Below are positions 38,239 through 48,094 of a stretch of DNA of 64,000 bases, one piece after another (the first letter of the stretch is position 1; every line of letters begins with the position of its first letter). This DNA comes from Clostridiales bacterium (lineage in GTDB: Bacteria > Bacillota > Clostridia > Christensenellales > UBA1242): NCBI GenBank assembly GCA_918262735.1, contig CAKJYJ010000003.1, positions 84,883 to 148,882 on the forward strand. The letters are read 5' to 3'. The notes under the pieces are model-generated. The model ran no database searches. It had not been told where the DNA came from and saw only the letters and a program-made list of their open reading frames with translations. The translations under genes and the position numbers were made by a program.

Positions 38239-41028
38239 ATGAAGAAGTTTTTAGTATATGTTGTTGTAATAGTAACATTGTTATTCTTGGGTTTCACTGT
38301 TTATTACCTAGCACAAAATGATGAAACAATTTCATTAACAATGGCAACAGATGAGTCTTATTACATGAATAAGGGCGATGTTTTTGAATTGCCAATTAAA
38401 TGGACAAAACCATCAAGAGGAACAACTTTAACTGTTTCTGGCGATAATAGTTCGGTTTTAAGCTATGACAAAGACACAAAAATGTTCACAGGTGTTGGTG
38501 GTGGTTTCACAACAGTAACAATAACCACTTCAAATCCACATTTTGGACCTTTTGTTCTTCAGGTTTACGTTGGGGATGGGGAACTTAACAGTCCATATGT
38601 ACTTTCAACTGCAAGTGATTTAGCAAGAATTGGAACAGATTCTTTATTCACAGACAGTAAGTATTATAGATTAATTAATGATATTGACTTATTAACATAT
38701 AATAATGGTGTTTGGTCACCACTCGCAGAGTTTAGTGGTCATTTAGATGGAAATGGGCACGCAATTCATCACTTAAAAGTTAACAGCACAGAAAATGGTG
38801 GCTTATTTGGAAAAGTAACACACAGTGGTTCTGTTGAAAATGTTAAACTTCTTAATGTTAACATAACGGGTGAGTTTACCAATGTTGGTGCTGTTTGTGG
38901 TGTTAATAATGGATTAATTGGTAAGGTTGAAGTAACCGGTGCAGTTAATAATGAAAAAACAAACAGCAACACTGGTTTACTTGTTGGTGCAAATGATTGG
39001 GATTCTTCCGCAGCATATATTAATATGTGTTCAGTAAGAGGCAGTATTACGGCTAAGGGTAATGCAGGCGGTCTTGCTGGTTACAACCATTCAAGCGTTA
39101 TTCTTAATTCAAGAGCTTTAATAACCGAATTAACAGCAAATGAAGCAAATATTTCACTTGGTGGTATTGTTGGAAAAAATGAGTCATTGTATGATAACGA
39201 AGAGTATTTTGCTTCAGCAATTGTTAAATGTTATTCGGTTATAGAAAGTACTCAAGGAAATGCAAACATTGGTGCGGTTGTAGGTAATAATGCAGAGAAC
39301 AATAATAGTAATGCATTATTCTACAACAAATATGAAGATATCTATTTTGCATGTGCAGACGAGGTTAATTTAACTGCTGTTGCAACAGGTGCCAACTTAA
39401 TTAATGCAACAGTTGCAGCACAATTACAATCGGTTACAAAAGATGCACTTTTAAGCAAAACAACTTATGCTAATTACAATTTTGAAACAGTATGGAACAA
39501 AATTGAAACAGAATATGCAAACCTCAACTATCTTGGAACATACGAAAATGTTTACATTAAAGGTATGAAAAAGGAAATCACATTACTAGATAAATCTCTT
39601 ATTGAATTCTTAGATACAATTAGGGGAACAACTAACAATTCTGTATTTATTGTTGATAGCGATAGGGTATATGACCTACAAGGAAGACATTGGGAATCTG
39701 TTGGAAAACAATTGGGAACACCAATGCTTGCAGGAATTATTGTTGAACCTGGTGTAAGTTGTGTTATTAAAAACTTTGTTCTAGATGACGACAACACAAG
39801 TTTCTTCGGATACATTTCTGGTAACACAAAAATAAACGGAATAACATTTGAAGATGTAACAGTTAATCATCTTGCAAATGAATTATCAAATTCAGCAGTT
39901 GTTGCAACGAACCTTTTAAATGGTGCAACACTTGAAGGAATCACAGTTAAAAACTTGGTTGAATATAAAACAAAGTCAACCAGCGTAGGCGTTATTTCAG
40001 CACAGAATAAAGGTAACATTATTAACTGTAATGTTGTTGCAGATTCTGTTAAATCTGTAATAATCAATCCAAAAGAGGCAGTTGTTAACTATGGAACAAT
40101 TGTTGGTTACAACGAAGGTACTATTTCTGGTTGTCGTGTTAATAACATTCAACTTGAAATTGATACATCAAGAATTGTTAAAGCAAACTTTAACATTGGT
40201 GGTGCAGTTGGAACAACAACAAAAAGTTTAACAAATGTTGGAGTTAATGGATTTAATTTAGATACAAATAACGAAGGTGTTATGTATGTTGGTGGCGTTG
40301 TTGGTTACACAACAAACGAGAAAATAACAATTGATAAATGCTATTCAAAAGCAAATATATTTGTAAATATGTATAACACAGATGCATTCGTTGGCGGTGT
40401 TGTTTCATATGTTTCTGCAAACACAGATGTTATTGGTTCATTATACACAGCCGGCACATTAAAAGCTGCCAACATTGGCGGTATAATTGCAGTAAATAAC
40501 GGAGCTTTGGCATCATCATATAGTGAAGGAACATTACGTGGTGTATATGTTGCTGGCTTGGTTGCAAGAAACTTTGGTAAGGTTGAAAACTGCTACACAT
40601 TAAGCACACTTCAAGGCGAAAATGGTTCAAGCGTTGTTTCTGGTCTTGTTGGTGTTCTTGCAAAAGACAGTGAAGTTGACAGATGCTTTAGTTCTGCAAC
40701 ATTTGCTGGAGAAGGAACCAAGTATGCTGAAACCGAAACTCCATTCAGATGGAATGGCTTAACAACAACGGTTAAGAGTTGGTTTGGTAGTGATGTATCT
40801 CATGGAACACTTCAAAGATGTATAATAATTAATTACGGTAAGGCAGAAGTTCAGGTTAACTCAATCTTCCAAGGAAAAGATGGTTGGATTGATGCCACAG
40901 AAGAAGATTGCAAGGGTAAAGATGACTATGCAGTATTCAGAGAAAAAGCAAGTTTTGGTAATTCTGTATGGAACTTCACAAACACTGGATATTACCCAAC
41001 ATTAATTAATGTTGCAACTGTTGACTAA
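38239..41028 (+). CDS. Large membrane-anchored surface protein with an Ig-like (Big_2-type) domain and GLUG-motif repeats
   Basis: N-terminal anchor MKKFLVYVVVIVTLLFLGF. Ig-like segment TLTVSGDNSSVLSYDKDT...TVTITTSN. Recurring GGLFG, GGLAG, GGIVG, IGGAVG, VGGVVGY and IGGIIA motifs about every 25-30 aa. Confidence 0.65.
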   Translation: MKKFLVYVVVIVTLLFLGFTVYYLAQNDETISLTMATDESYYMNKGDVFELPIKWTKPSRGTTLTVSGDNSSVLSYDKDTKMFTGVGGGFTTVTITTSNPHFGPFVLQVYVGDGELNSPYVLSTASDLARIGTDSLFTDSKYYRLINDIDLLTYNNGVWSPLAEFSGHLDGNGHAIHHLKVNSTENGGLFGKVTHSGSVENVKLLNVNITGEFTNVGAVCGVNNGLIGKVEVTGAVNNEKTNSNTGLLVGANDWDSSAAYINMCSVRGSITAKGNAGGLAGYNHSSVILNSRALITELTANEANISLGGIVGKNESLYDNEEYFASAIVKCYSVIESTQGNANIGAVVGNNAENNNSNALFYNKYEDIYFACADEVNLTAVATGANLINATVAAQLQSVTKDALLSKTTYANYNFETVWNKIETEYANLNYLGTYENVYIKGMKKEITLLDKSLIEFLDTIRGTTNNSVFIVDSDRVYDLQGRHWESVGKQLGTPMLAGIIVEPGVSCVIKNFVLDDDNTSFFGYISGNTKINGITFEDVTVNHLANELSNSAVVATNLLNGATLEGITVKNLVEYKTKSTSVGVISAQNKGNIINCNVVADSVKSVIINPKEAVVNYGTIVGYNEGTISGCRVNNIQLEIDTSRIVKANFNIGGAVGTTTKSLTNVGVNGFNLDTNNEGVMYVGGVVGYTTNEKITIDKCYSKANIFVNMYNTDAFVGGVVSYVSANTDVIGSLYTAGTLKAANIGGIIAVNNGALASSYSEGTLRGVYVAGLVARNFGKVENCYTLSTLQGENGSSVVSGLVGVLAKDSEVDRCFSSATFAGEGTKYAETETPFRWNGLTTTVKSWFGSDVSHGTLQRCIIINYGKAEVQVNSIFQGKDGWIDATEEDCKGKDDYAVFREKASFGNSVWNFTNTGYYPTLINVATVD

Positions 41029-41048
41029 TTGTTAAACAATAAACATTA

Positions 41049-41076
41049 AATGCAGGCATTCCGCCTGCATTTTTTG
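41049..41076 (+). terminator. Rho-independent terminator
   Basis: aatgcaggc-attcc-gcctgcatt hairpin followed by a T-run. Confidence 0.75.
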
Positions 41077-41111
41077 TGTCAAAAAACATATCATTATAAT
41101 AATATAATATT

Positions 41112-42146
41112 ATGCTCAATGTTAAAATAATCAAAAAAGATGCTTTAGTAAATAATTATTTGTTTTGTGTATCAAAATGTAAGAGGGTTATGGCTATAGT
41201 TAAGGCCAATGCGTATGGGCATGGCATGCGAGATATAGCTACTATTTTAGAAAAATACTGTGATTGGTTTGGTGTTGCAACTTTTAATGAAGCAATAGAA
41301 CTAAGCGAAATTCTTAACCATAAAAAGAAAATTCTTGTTATTGGCAAAAGTGAAAATTATTATCAATTAATAAAAAATAGAATTCATATTACAGTTGATA
41401 ACATAGAGGACATACACACCATTAGTAAAATATGTAAATTGTTAAAAAAGAAAGCATACATACACATTGCAATAAATACAGGAATGAATAGAATTGGCGT
41501 AAAAACGGTCGAAGAATATAAAGCAATTTTGGATGAAATAAGAATTAATAACAGCATTGTTTTGGTTGGCATTTTCACACATATGTTTGATGGTGATAAA
41601 AAAGATAATCATAATATAAATCAATTATTAGAATTTGAAAAATATGTCAACCAAACGAACAGAAAAGTGCTTGTTCACATTGGAGGGAGTTATTGTATTA
41701 ACAATTTCATACCAAGTTATGTTGATTTTGTTAGAGTTGGTTATTTCTTGTATGGTTATGGCAATGAATGCGTAAAGCCGGTTATGGAAATTACATCACG
41801 AATAATTAAAATTGTAAAATGCAATCATGGAGAGAATGTTGGCTATGGTTCAAATGTGCTAAAAAAGAATAGAACAATTGCAATTGTCCCATTTGGTTAT
41901 GCTGATGGCTTGCCCCAAAGGATATCTAATAAGGGATATGTTTTGGTAAATAATACTAAGTGTAGAATAATTGCAAAAGTGTGCATGGATAGTATTATAG
42001 TGGATATATCTAAAACAAGTGCTGTGGTTGGGGATACTGTTAAAGTTTTGTTCGATGCTGAAAAAATTGCAAATTGGGCAGGAACATCTAACTATGAAGT
42101 GCTAACAAATTTTGGCAAATCGCGAACAAAAAGTTTGATTATTTAG
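41112..42146 (+). CDS. alr: Alanine racemase
   Basis: PLP motif VKANAYGHG and colinear alr features (ending YEVLTNFG..R). Confidence 0.9.
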   Translation: MLNVKIIKKDALVNNYLFCVSKCKRVMAIVKANAYGHGMRDIATILEKYCDWFGVATFNEAIELSEILNHKKKILVIGKSENYYQLIKNRIHITVDNIEDIHTISKICKLLKKKAYIHIAINTGMNRIGVKTVEEYKAILDEIRINNSIVLVGIFTHMFDGDKKDNHNINQLLEFEKYVNQTNRKVLVHIGGSYCINNFIPSYVDFVRVGYFLYGYGNECVKPVMEITSRIIKIVKCNHGENVGYGSNVLKKNRTIAIVPFGYADGLPQRISNKGYVLVNNTKCRIIAKVCMDSIIVDISKTSAVVGDTVKVLFDAEKIANWAGTSNYEVLTNFGKSRTKSLII

Positions 42147-42163
42147 AATAGATATTGTATAAT
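42135..42163 (+). promoter_or_regulatory. Sigma-A-type promoter placed for a leaderless rsmD mRNA
   Basis: TTGATT (42135-42140), 17-nt spacer, TATAAT (42158-42163). The ATG is 7 nt downstream and there is no SD. Confidence 0.45.
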
Positions 42164-42170
42164 ACAAAAC

Positions 42171-42695
42171 ATGAGGGTTATATCAGGAAAGTATGGGGGT
42201 AAAGTGCTTAAATCGCCGGTTTCAAACAATATTAGACCAACTGGAGATAAGGTAAAACAGGCGCTATTTACAAAGTTACAGTTTTTTATTCCGGGGAAGG
42301 TGGTTTTGGATTTATTCTGTGGAAGTGGTGCTCTTGGTATTGAAGCAATTAGTCATGGTGCGGACAAGGTATATTTTGTTGATAAAGATGCTAGAAGCAT
42401 AAAACTAACAAAGCAAAACCTTACCGGAATTGATGGCAAATACAGAGTTCTGAATATGGATTATAAAACTGCACTTAATAGCATAGATGTTAAATTTGAT
42501 TTAATATTAATCGATCCACCATATGCCAGTGGATATTATGGCGATGTATTAAATATTATACATGAAAACAAATTATTGTCAGATGACGGAATAATTGTGT
42601 GTGAGCATCCAAACGAGCTTAAAATTGAAACAGAATTCAATATTTATGACATTAAACGTTATGGCACGGTTTCCTTAACTTTTATGAAAAATTAA
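42171..42695 (+). CDS. rsmD: 16S rRNA (guanine966-N2)-methyltransferase RsmD
   Basis: N-terminus MRVISGKYGGKVL, SAM motif LDLFCGSGALGIEA, and DPPY. Confidence 0.85.
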   Translation: MRVISGKYGGKVLKSPVSNNIRPTGDKVKQALFTKLQFFIPGKVVLDLFCGSGALGIEAISHGADKVYFVDKDARSIKLTKQNLTGIDGKYRVLNMDYKTALNSIDVKFDLILIDPPYASGYYGDVLNIIHENKLLSDDGIIVCEHPNELKIETEFNIYDIKRYGTVSLTFMKN

Positions 42696-42842
42696 TAAAA
42701 ATTATCAAAAAAAACAATAATTTTCTAAAAAAAATAGTATTTTTTGCAAATTTTACTAAAAAATAATAAAAAATATAGAATTAGGTATTGTAATTTATTT
42801 AATTATGTGTTAGAATAATTGCGATATTCAAATAAGGAGAAG

Positions 42843-44129
42843 ATGCATATGATTTTAGATGTTATGATTTTAGATGTATTAAAGTACATTCTTGTGGTTC
42901 TTGGAATTGTTGCTGTTGGAGCATTCATTGTTTGGGGTCTTGTTAGTTTAATTCTATTAATTATTGAGCCTCATGGAAATGGCGAACAAAACGCAAACAC
43001 AAACAACAACTATTACGATAACAGCCAAATAACATATCAAAATTATGAACCACAAAAACTTATTGCTAATGACTACACAAAGCAAGAACCAGTAGTTGGG
43101 CAAAAAGATGTTCAAGATGTTGACCTTGACAAAGCAAGAGCAGAAGAGGAAGCTTTAGGTCAAGGCACTAATTTTGATGAGCTTGAACAAGAAGAAGACC
43201 TATTCATCAAAGAAAAACAAAGAAAAATTGAGGAAAGACTTGCAGAAAAAGCAGCAAAAGAAGATGACCAAGATGAAATCAATATTGATGATATCTTTGT
43301 TGATGATGAAGAAGTAAAAGAAGAACCTGCTGAGGCTGAGGAAGCAGAAGTCAATGAAGAAGATGACGACATTGAAGATTTAATCAACAAAATTCTTGAT
43401 GAAGACGAAGAAACCGATAATGCTGAAGAAGCAAACGAAGAAGAAGTTGTTGAAGAACAAGAAGAAGTAAAAGAAGAACCTGCAGAAATTGAAGAAGATG
43501 AAGCAGATAGAAGAATTAAAGAACTTGAAGAAGCACTTGCTCGTCAAAAAGAAGAATACGAAAACAGATTAAAAGAAGCAGAAACAGAAAAAGATAATGA
43601 AGCAAACGAAAGAATTGCAGAACTTGAAAGACAACTTGCCGAAAAAGAAAATGCCGAAACTGTAACTGCTCCAGCACTTTCATTGGAAGAATACGAAGCA
43701 AGACTTGAAGTTTTAAGAGAAAGATTAAAAGCAAATGAAAAAGAATTAAAAGTTGTTAAAAAAGACTTTATTCCTTTATATAAAATACATAAAACCCTCG
43801 AACGTGATAATGTTAAACTTCGTAGAAAAGAAGCACTTGTTGCAAAACAAAAAGTTGTTCTTTATGGTGTTAACAATTATGTTGATATTGATGAAGAAAA
43901 AGCAAAGAAGCTTGCAGAAGATTTGGATTTACTAGAAGGATTAAGATTATCTGTTCAACATTGCGAAGAAGTAATGAAGGCTAATGAAGAAAGATATCCA
44001 ATTCTTGAAACAGCATACAAAACTCTTGTTGCAACAAATGAAGATATTAAAGCTGATATAAAAGAATGTACAGACAAAATTGAAGAAATTAAAGCAAACA
44101 ATGATACTGATAATACAGATGCAGAATAA
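42843..44129 (+). CDS. Membrane-anchored, highly acidic coiled-coil protein, hypothetical
   Basis: AAGGAG lies before the ATG at 42843. One TM helix, then Glu/Asp-rich low-complexity sequence and heptad-like regions. Confidence 0.5.
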   Translation: MHMILDVMILDVLKYILVVLGIVAVGAFIVWGLVSLILLIIEPHGNGEQNANTNNNYYDNSQITYQNYEPQKLIANDYTKQEPVVGQKDVQDVDLDKARAEEEALGQGTNFDELEQEEDLFIKEKQRKIEERLAEKAAKEDDQDEINIDDIFVDDEEVKEEPAEAEEAEVNEEDDDIEDLINKILDEDEETDNAEEANEEEVVEEQEEVKEEPAEIEEDEADRRIKELEEALARQKEEYENRLKEAETEKDNEANERIAELERQLAEKENAETVTAPALSLEEYEARLEVLRERLKANEKELKVVKKDFIPLYKIHKTLERDNVKLRRKEALVAKQKVVLYGVNNYVDIDEEKAKKLAEDLDLLEGLRLSVQHCEEVMKANEERYPILETAYKTLVATNEDIKADIKECTDKIEEIKANNDTDNTDAE

Positions 44130-44138
44130 TTAAGGTTA

Positions 44139-44168
44139 AAAAACAAGTCCCTCGGGGCTTGTTTTTTT
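44139..44168 (+). terminator. Rho-independent terminator
   Basis: caagtccc-tc-ggggcttg hairpin followed by T7. Confidence 0.75.
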
Positions 44169-44318
44169 ATAAAATTTTATGCTTCAAAACCTTTTTAATG
44201 ATGTTACAAAAAAAAATTATAAATATTTGAAATCATTTTTGATAACATTAAAAGTGTGTTATAATATTAAAGACAGTAATATTTGCAGTGTTAAAAATTT
44301 GTTTTGTGAGAGTTGCTT

Positions 44319-45266
44319 ATGAACAAAAACGATAATTACAGCGAGTTTAACAACGCATCTTTTGATGAGTTTAATTCATGCTGCAATGAAAACAATAATG
44401 TTTTGTTAACAAATGACCACACACACACAAATAACGAAACAAAAGAGAGGGGTGATATATTTGTTAAAAAGAAAAACACTCATCTTCAGTTTCTTATTCA
44501 TAGTCTGGTTTTTGTTACTGCTGTAGCATTGGTTATTGAACCTGCGTTTAATATTTCGATTGTAGGTTACATATTTAACCAAACTCAGCCAGCAACTCAG
44601 CAGGCATCGGTGTCATATTCAAGTGAGGCAACAACTGTTTCATATAAAGATATAACATATACCATTAAAATAGATAACGATGATGACAATCTTAAAGAAT
44701 ATTCACTAATACTTGTTAAACAGGGGTGTGACAATGAGACATACATTGATTCACTTTCTGCAAATGATTTAGGTTTTCATAGTGTTTCGGTAACAAATAA
44801 AACAACTACACACACGTTTAACACATATATAACGCCTAGTGGTTGTTTCAATTTATTACCAGATTCCAATTATGTGTTGCTGGTAATAAAAGATGGCGAA
44901 ATTGTTGATAGATGCCATGAGCATACATATGAGTTTACATACATCAACAGCCTTGCCTTTACACCATCTTCAGGTTCTGACTACATCAATATAACAGTTG
45001 ACTATAACGATTTTGATTTTGATTATCTATACATAGAGATAACGGCTGATGATGGAACATTTTTAACATATATGCACCCACAGAAATCATCTATGTATCC
45101 GGCTTTTGAAAGATCATCACTTGGCCTGTCATCGCTAGTAAATATTAATATTTACATGTTACCCTTATATGGGGAAGTGTTTGAAACAGATAAAAAAATG
45201 GTATTCAGTGGGAATACATATTATTTAATTTATACGCAGGAAAGCGTTAACCTATCTGGTATATAA
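44319..45266 (+). CDS. Hypothetical single-pass membrane protein with an extracytoplasmic beta-rich domain
   Basis: I prefer the ATG at 44319 to the TTG at 44313. One TM helix (LIHSLVFVTAVALVIEPAF). No family recognised. Confidence 0.4.
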   Translation: MNKNDNYSEFNNASFDEFNSCCNENNNVLLTNDHTHTNNETKERGDIFVKKKNTHLQFLIHSLVFVTAVALVIEPAFNISIVGYIFNQTQPATQQASVSYSSEATTVSYKDITYTIKIDNDDDNLKEYSLILVKQGCDNETYIDSLSANDLGFHSVSVTNKTTTHTFNTYITPSGCFNLLPDSNYVLLVIKDGEIVDRCHEHTYEFTYINSLAFTPSSGSDYINITVDYNDFDFDYLYIEITADDGTFLTYMHPQKSSMYPAFERSSLGLSSLVNINIYMLPLYGEVFETDKKMVFSGNTYYLIYTQESVNLSGI

Positions 45267-45284
45267 TTATAGGAGGAAAATTAT

Positions 45285-46352
45285 ATGGAAGGAAGAAAAA
45301 TTAAATATGGAGTTGCAAGGAATGTATTTCACTATATGTTTTTTGCGTTGATGGTTGGAGCAACTGTTGTTGCCTACCTATTTAGAGAGGATATTGCAAA
45401 TTTCTTTGCAGTTGATTACACGGGTAATCAAATAGTAAACACAATTCTGCATTTTGTTCCAACAATCATTATTTCAATTCAAATAATTGTTTTGGCTTGT
45501 GTTATCAACTTTATTTTGGCGTTATTGTCTAAAATTAGCTTTGGTTTAACAGATAAGGGTAAAACGGTTATTAAGTTGATTAATAGCTTGTTAAAATGGG
45601 TTGTTATAATAATTGCAATTCTATGGATTTTAACCGTATGGGGAGTTAACACAACAACTCTACTTGCTGGTGCTGGAATTGTTGCATTGGTTATCGGGCT
45701 TGGTGCTCAAAGCTTAATTGCAGATATACTTGCAGGAATATTTATTGTTCTTGAAGGGAAGTATGTTGTTGGTGATATTGTTGTTATTGATGGTTGGAGA
45801 GGTAAGATTGTTGATATTGGCATAAGAACAACAGAACTTCAAGACATAGGTGGTAATATCAAAATAATCAACAATAGCGAAATAAAAAGCGTTATTAATC
45901 AAACAAAATTGCTTTCAATGGCTAATTGTTATATTAACATTTCTTCATCTGTTCAATTGGAGAATGTTGAAAACTTAATTATAAATCAACTTTCAGAAAT
46001 AAGGGAAAAAATTCCCGCAATTAAAGAGGATATTATATACAAAGGAATTGTTAATGTGACTGATGTTGCAACAGAACTATTATTTAGTGCAACATGTTAT
46101 GAAGAGGATTTGTACCAAGTTCAAAGAGATTTACACAGAGAATTAAAACTTCTTTTGGATAAACATTCAATAGATAGTTTCGCACCACCAACATATGTTA
46201 TTCAACAACGTATGGGGCAACAAAACTATAACCCTGTAACAACTAATCCACAAGGTGTTAATCCACGTGGTGGACAACAGGTTACGCAACAACCAGCAGG
46301 CCAACCAACAAATGCTGTGCAAAATGTTAAAAGGCCACCTCAAGCAAAATAG
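45285..46352 (+). CDS. Mechanosensitive ion channel (MscS family) with a Gln/Pro-rich tail
   Basis: TM helices followed by the MscS core GAQSLIADILAGIFIVLEGKYVVGDIVVIDGWRGKIVDIGIRTT. AGGAGG RBS. Confidence 0.8.
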   Translation: MEGRKIKYGVARNVFHYMFFALMVGATVVAYLFREDIANFFAVDYTGNQIVNTILHFVPTIIISIQIIVLACVINFILALLSKISFGLTDKGKTVIKLINSLLKWVVIIIAILWILTVWGVNTTTLLAGAGIVALVIGLGAQSLIADILAGIFIVLEGKYVVGDIVVIDGWRGKIVDIGIRTTELQDIGGNIKIINNSEIKSVINQTKLLSMANCYINISSSVQLENVENLIINQLSEIREKIPAIKEDIIYKGIVNVTDVATELLFSATCYEEDLYQVQRDLHRELKLLLDKHSIDSFAPPTYVIQQRMGQQNYNPVTTNPQGVNPRGGQQVTQQPAGQPTNAVQNVKRPPQAK

Positions 46353-46373
46353 TAACAATAAAGGAAACTTATA

Positions 46374-47186
46374 ATGATAAATATTTTTTATGCTGGTAAT
46401 AAAAAGGTGTTTGATATGATAATGATATCTGCACTGAGTATTGCAAAAACAGCAAGCGAGCCAATTACAGTTTATATTGTAACAATGGATTTAAGTGACG
46501 AAAATTCGAAGTATGTTCCAATTAATGAAAAACAAGCGGAATTTCTTGACGGTTTAATTAAAAAATATAATCCACAGAATATGGTTATTCGTAAAGACGT
46601 TACTAATATATATAAAAACAACATATTTGAATCAAAAAACAATTTAGACAGGTTCACCCCATATGCGCTTCTTCGTATTTTTGCCGATTATTATGATTTT
46701 CCAGATAAAATCATATATTTAGATGTCGACACAGTAATTAATAATGATATAGCAGAGCTATATAATCAAGATATTGAAGAGTATGAACTTGGAGTTGTTA
46801 GAGATGTTTTTATTTTTGGATTAAAACTGCATAAAACATATTTTAATAGTGGTATGCTACTAATGAATATGAAAAAGATAAAAGAAACAGGCTTTTTGCA
46901 AAAAACGAGAGATTTGTGTAAGAATAGAAAAATGACATTTTTAGACCAAGATGCATTAAATTTTTGTGTAACGTATAAAAAAATGCTTAATAGAAAATTC
47001 AATTCAATTCATGTACCACATAAGAGATATGATAAGGTTGTTGTTCACCATATGTGTGATTGTAGGCATCATTTAGTTTTTAGGTATAAATCAAAAGATT
47101 TTGATGCAGTTAAAAAATATATGCCTTTTTACACACCATTGATTAATGAGATAATTGAACTTAAAAAACTATCAGATTTATTATAA
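46374..47186 (+). CDS. Glycosyltransferase family 8 (colinear paralogue of 26452..27261)
   Basis: YLDVDTV DxD motif and FNSGMLLMN. The N-terminus MINIFYAGNKKVFDMIMISALSIAK parallels MINLMQAGNYKVFDGMVISALSIVK. Confidence 0.75.
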   Translation: MINIFYAGNKKVFDMIMISALSIAKTASEPITVYIVTMDLSDENSKYVPINEKQAEFLDGLIKKYNPQNMVIRKDVTNIYKNNIFESKNNLDRFTPYALLRIFADYYDFPDKIIYLDVDTVINNDIAELYNQDIEEYELGVVRDVFIFGLKLHKTYFNSGMLLMNMKKIKETGFLQKTRDLCKNRKMTFLDQDALNFCVTYKKMLNRKFNSIHVPHKRYDKVVVHHMCDCRHHLVFRYKSKDFDAVKKYMPFYTPLINEIIELKKLSDLL

Positions 47187-47207
47187 AATTGATTTGGAGA
47201 ATATTAT

Positions 47208-47423
47208 ATGAAAATGACACAGGAACAATCAAAACTAGTTGAATTAACAATGCGTTTGAATTTACTTGCAAAAGAGTATAATAAGTTATGTAAAGATTTG
47301 GATAAATTAAAAAAACTAAATATTTCGCCAAATTCCGAGGTGTATGTTAAGTTGTTAAAAAAATTTGAAGACAACAATAGACAAGTTCAAATTGTTGTGG
47401 AGCAGTTAAAGGCTCTTAAGTAG
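47208..47423 (+). CDS. Small coiled-coil protein, hypothetical
   Basis: GGAG RBS. 71 aa, helical and Lys-rich. Confidence 0.35.
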   Translation: MKMTQEQSKLVELTMRLNLLAKEYNKLCKDLDKLKKLNISPNSEVYVKLLKKFEDNNRQVQIVVEQLKALK

Positions 47424-47474
47424 TTACTATTGACAAAATAAAATATAAGTGTAAAATATAATTGTTTGCACTTT

Positions 47475-47829
47475 GGGGGCGACATGGCTTCGACAGGGAA
47501 TAGCAACAAAAATAAAAGCACGTGGTGGTTTGACCAGTGCCACCTAAAAAAAGGTCAAGCGAATAAACGCAAACAATAGAAATAGCCTTGCTATGGCTGC
47601 TTAATAGTTAAGCAAATAGCAAGTTTAGAGGAATGTGTTGGGTGCTCTAAACTTTTATTTACCGACACAAATTTTAATTCAATTCCTTGAGGATTAATCT
47701 TATAAATTAGGATTGGGTTTTAATTGTTTGTTTATGAACAATAAAGCCTGAAATTAATCATAAACTAAACGTGTAGAAAGATTTTATGGCATTTCTTGGA
47801 CGAGGGTTCAATTCCCTCCGCTTCCACCA
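47475..47829 (+). ncRNA. ssrA: tmRNA (SsrA)
   Basis: The 5' GGGGGCGACATGGCTTCGACAGGG pairs with the 3' CGCTTCC-ACCA, including a G3-U pair. T-arm GAGGGTTCAATTCCCTC. Candidate tag ORF GCA AAC AAT AGA AAT AGC CTT GCT ATG GCT GCT TAA TAG (47569-47607) encodes ANNRNSLAMAA. Confidence 0.92.
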
Positions 47830-47858
47830 GAAAAAAACATCGACCTTATGGCAGGTTT
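47810..47858 (+). repeat. Direct repeat copy 1 (49 nt): the last 20 nt of ssrA plus 29 nt downstream
   Basis: aattccctccgcttccaccagaaaaaaacatcgaccttatggcaggttt. Confidence 0.85.
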
Positions 47859-47898
47859 ACTATCGTAAACCGTAAGCCCGTAACGGTCGTGTTTTTTT
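47836..47898 (+). terminator. Long imperfect hairpin plus T7, the probable ssrA terminator
   Basis: acatcgacc...ggtttac-tatc-gtaaacc...ggtcgtgt followed by ttttttt. Confidence 0.55.
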
Positions 47899-48094
47899 CT
47901 TACCGACCAAACGCACTCACTGTTGTTCGTGGTCGGTACTCTCGTGCGAAGAAAAATTCTGCGAGTCAAAATTCAGCGGTATTATACAATTTACAATAAA
48001 TCAACTGAGGGAATTGAACGCGTGCGTTAAAAAAAGTTGCCGGTGGCAAGTTTTTTAGCACCAGGCATGAAAGGTGAACAGCGTTCACCGGAGT
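47859..48094 (+). mobile_element. 236-nt hairpin-rich segment between the two tmRNA-3'-end repeats; possible remnant of an ssrA-targeting integrative element
   Basis: Bounded by the 49/48-nt direct repeats. Contains an exact 13-nt inverted copy of the T-loop region (48007-48019 is the reverse complement of 47806-47818) and several 5-9 bp stem hairpins. No credible ORF. Confidence 0.3.

Noticed and set aside
47796-47999. 67-aa ORF in the supplied track (TTG start)
   Set aside because: It begins inside the tRNA-like 3' domain of ssrA and runs through the ssrA terminator hairpin. It has no RBS. The region is better explained as tmRNA plus a non-coding att-like remnant.
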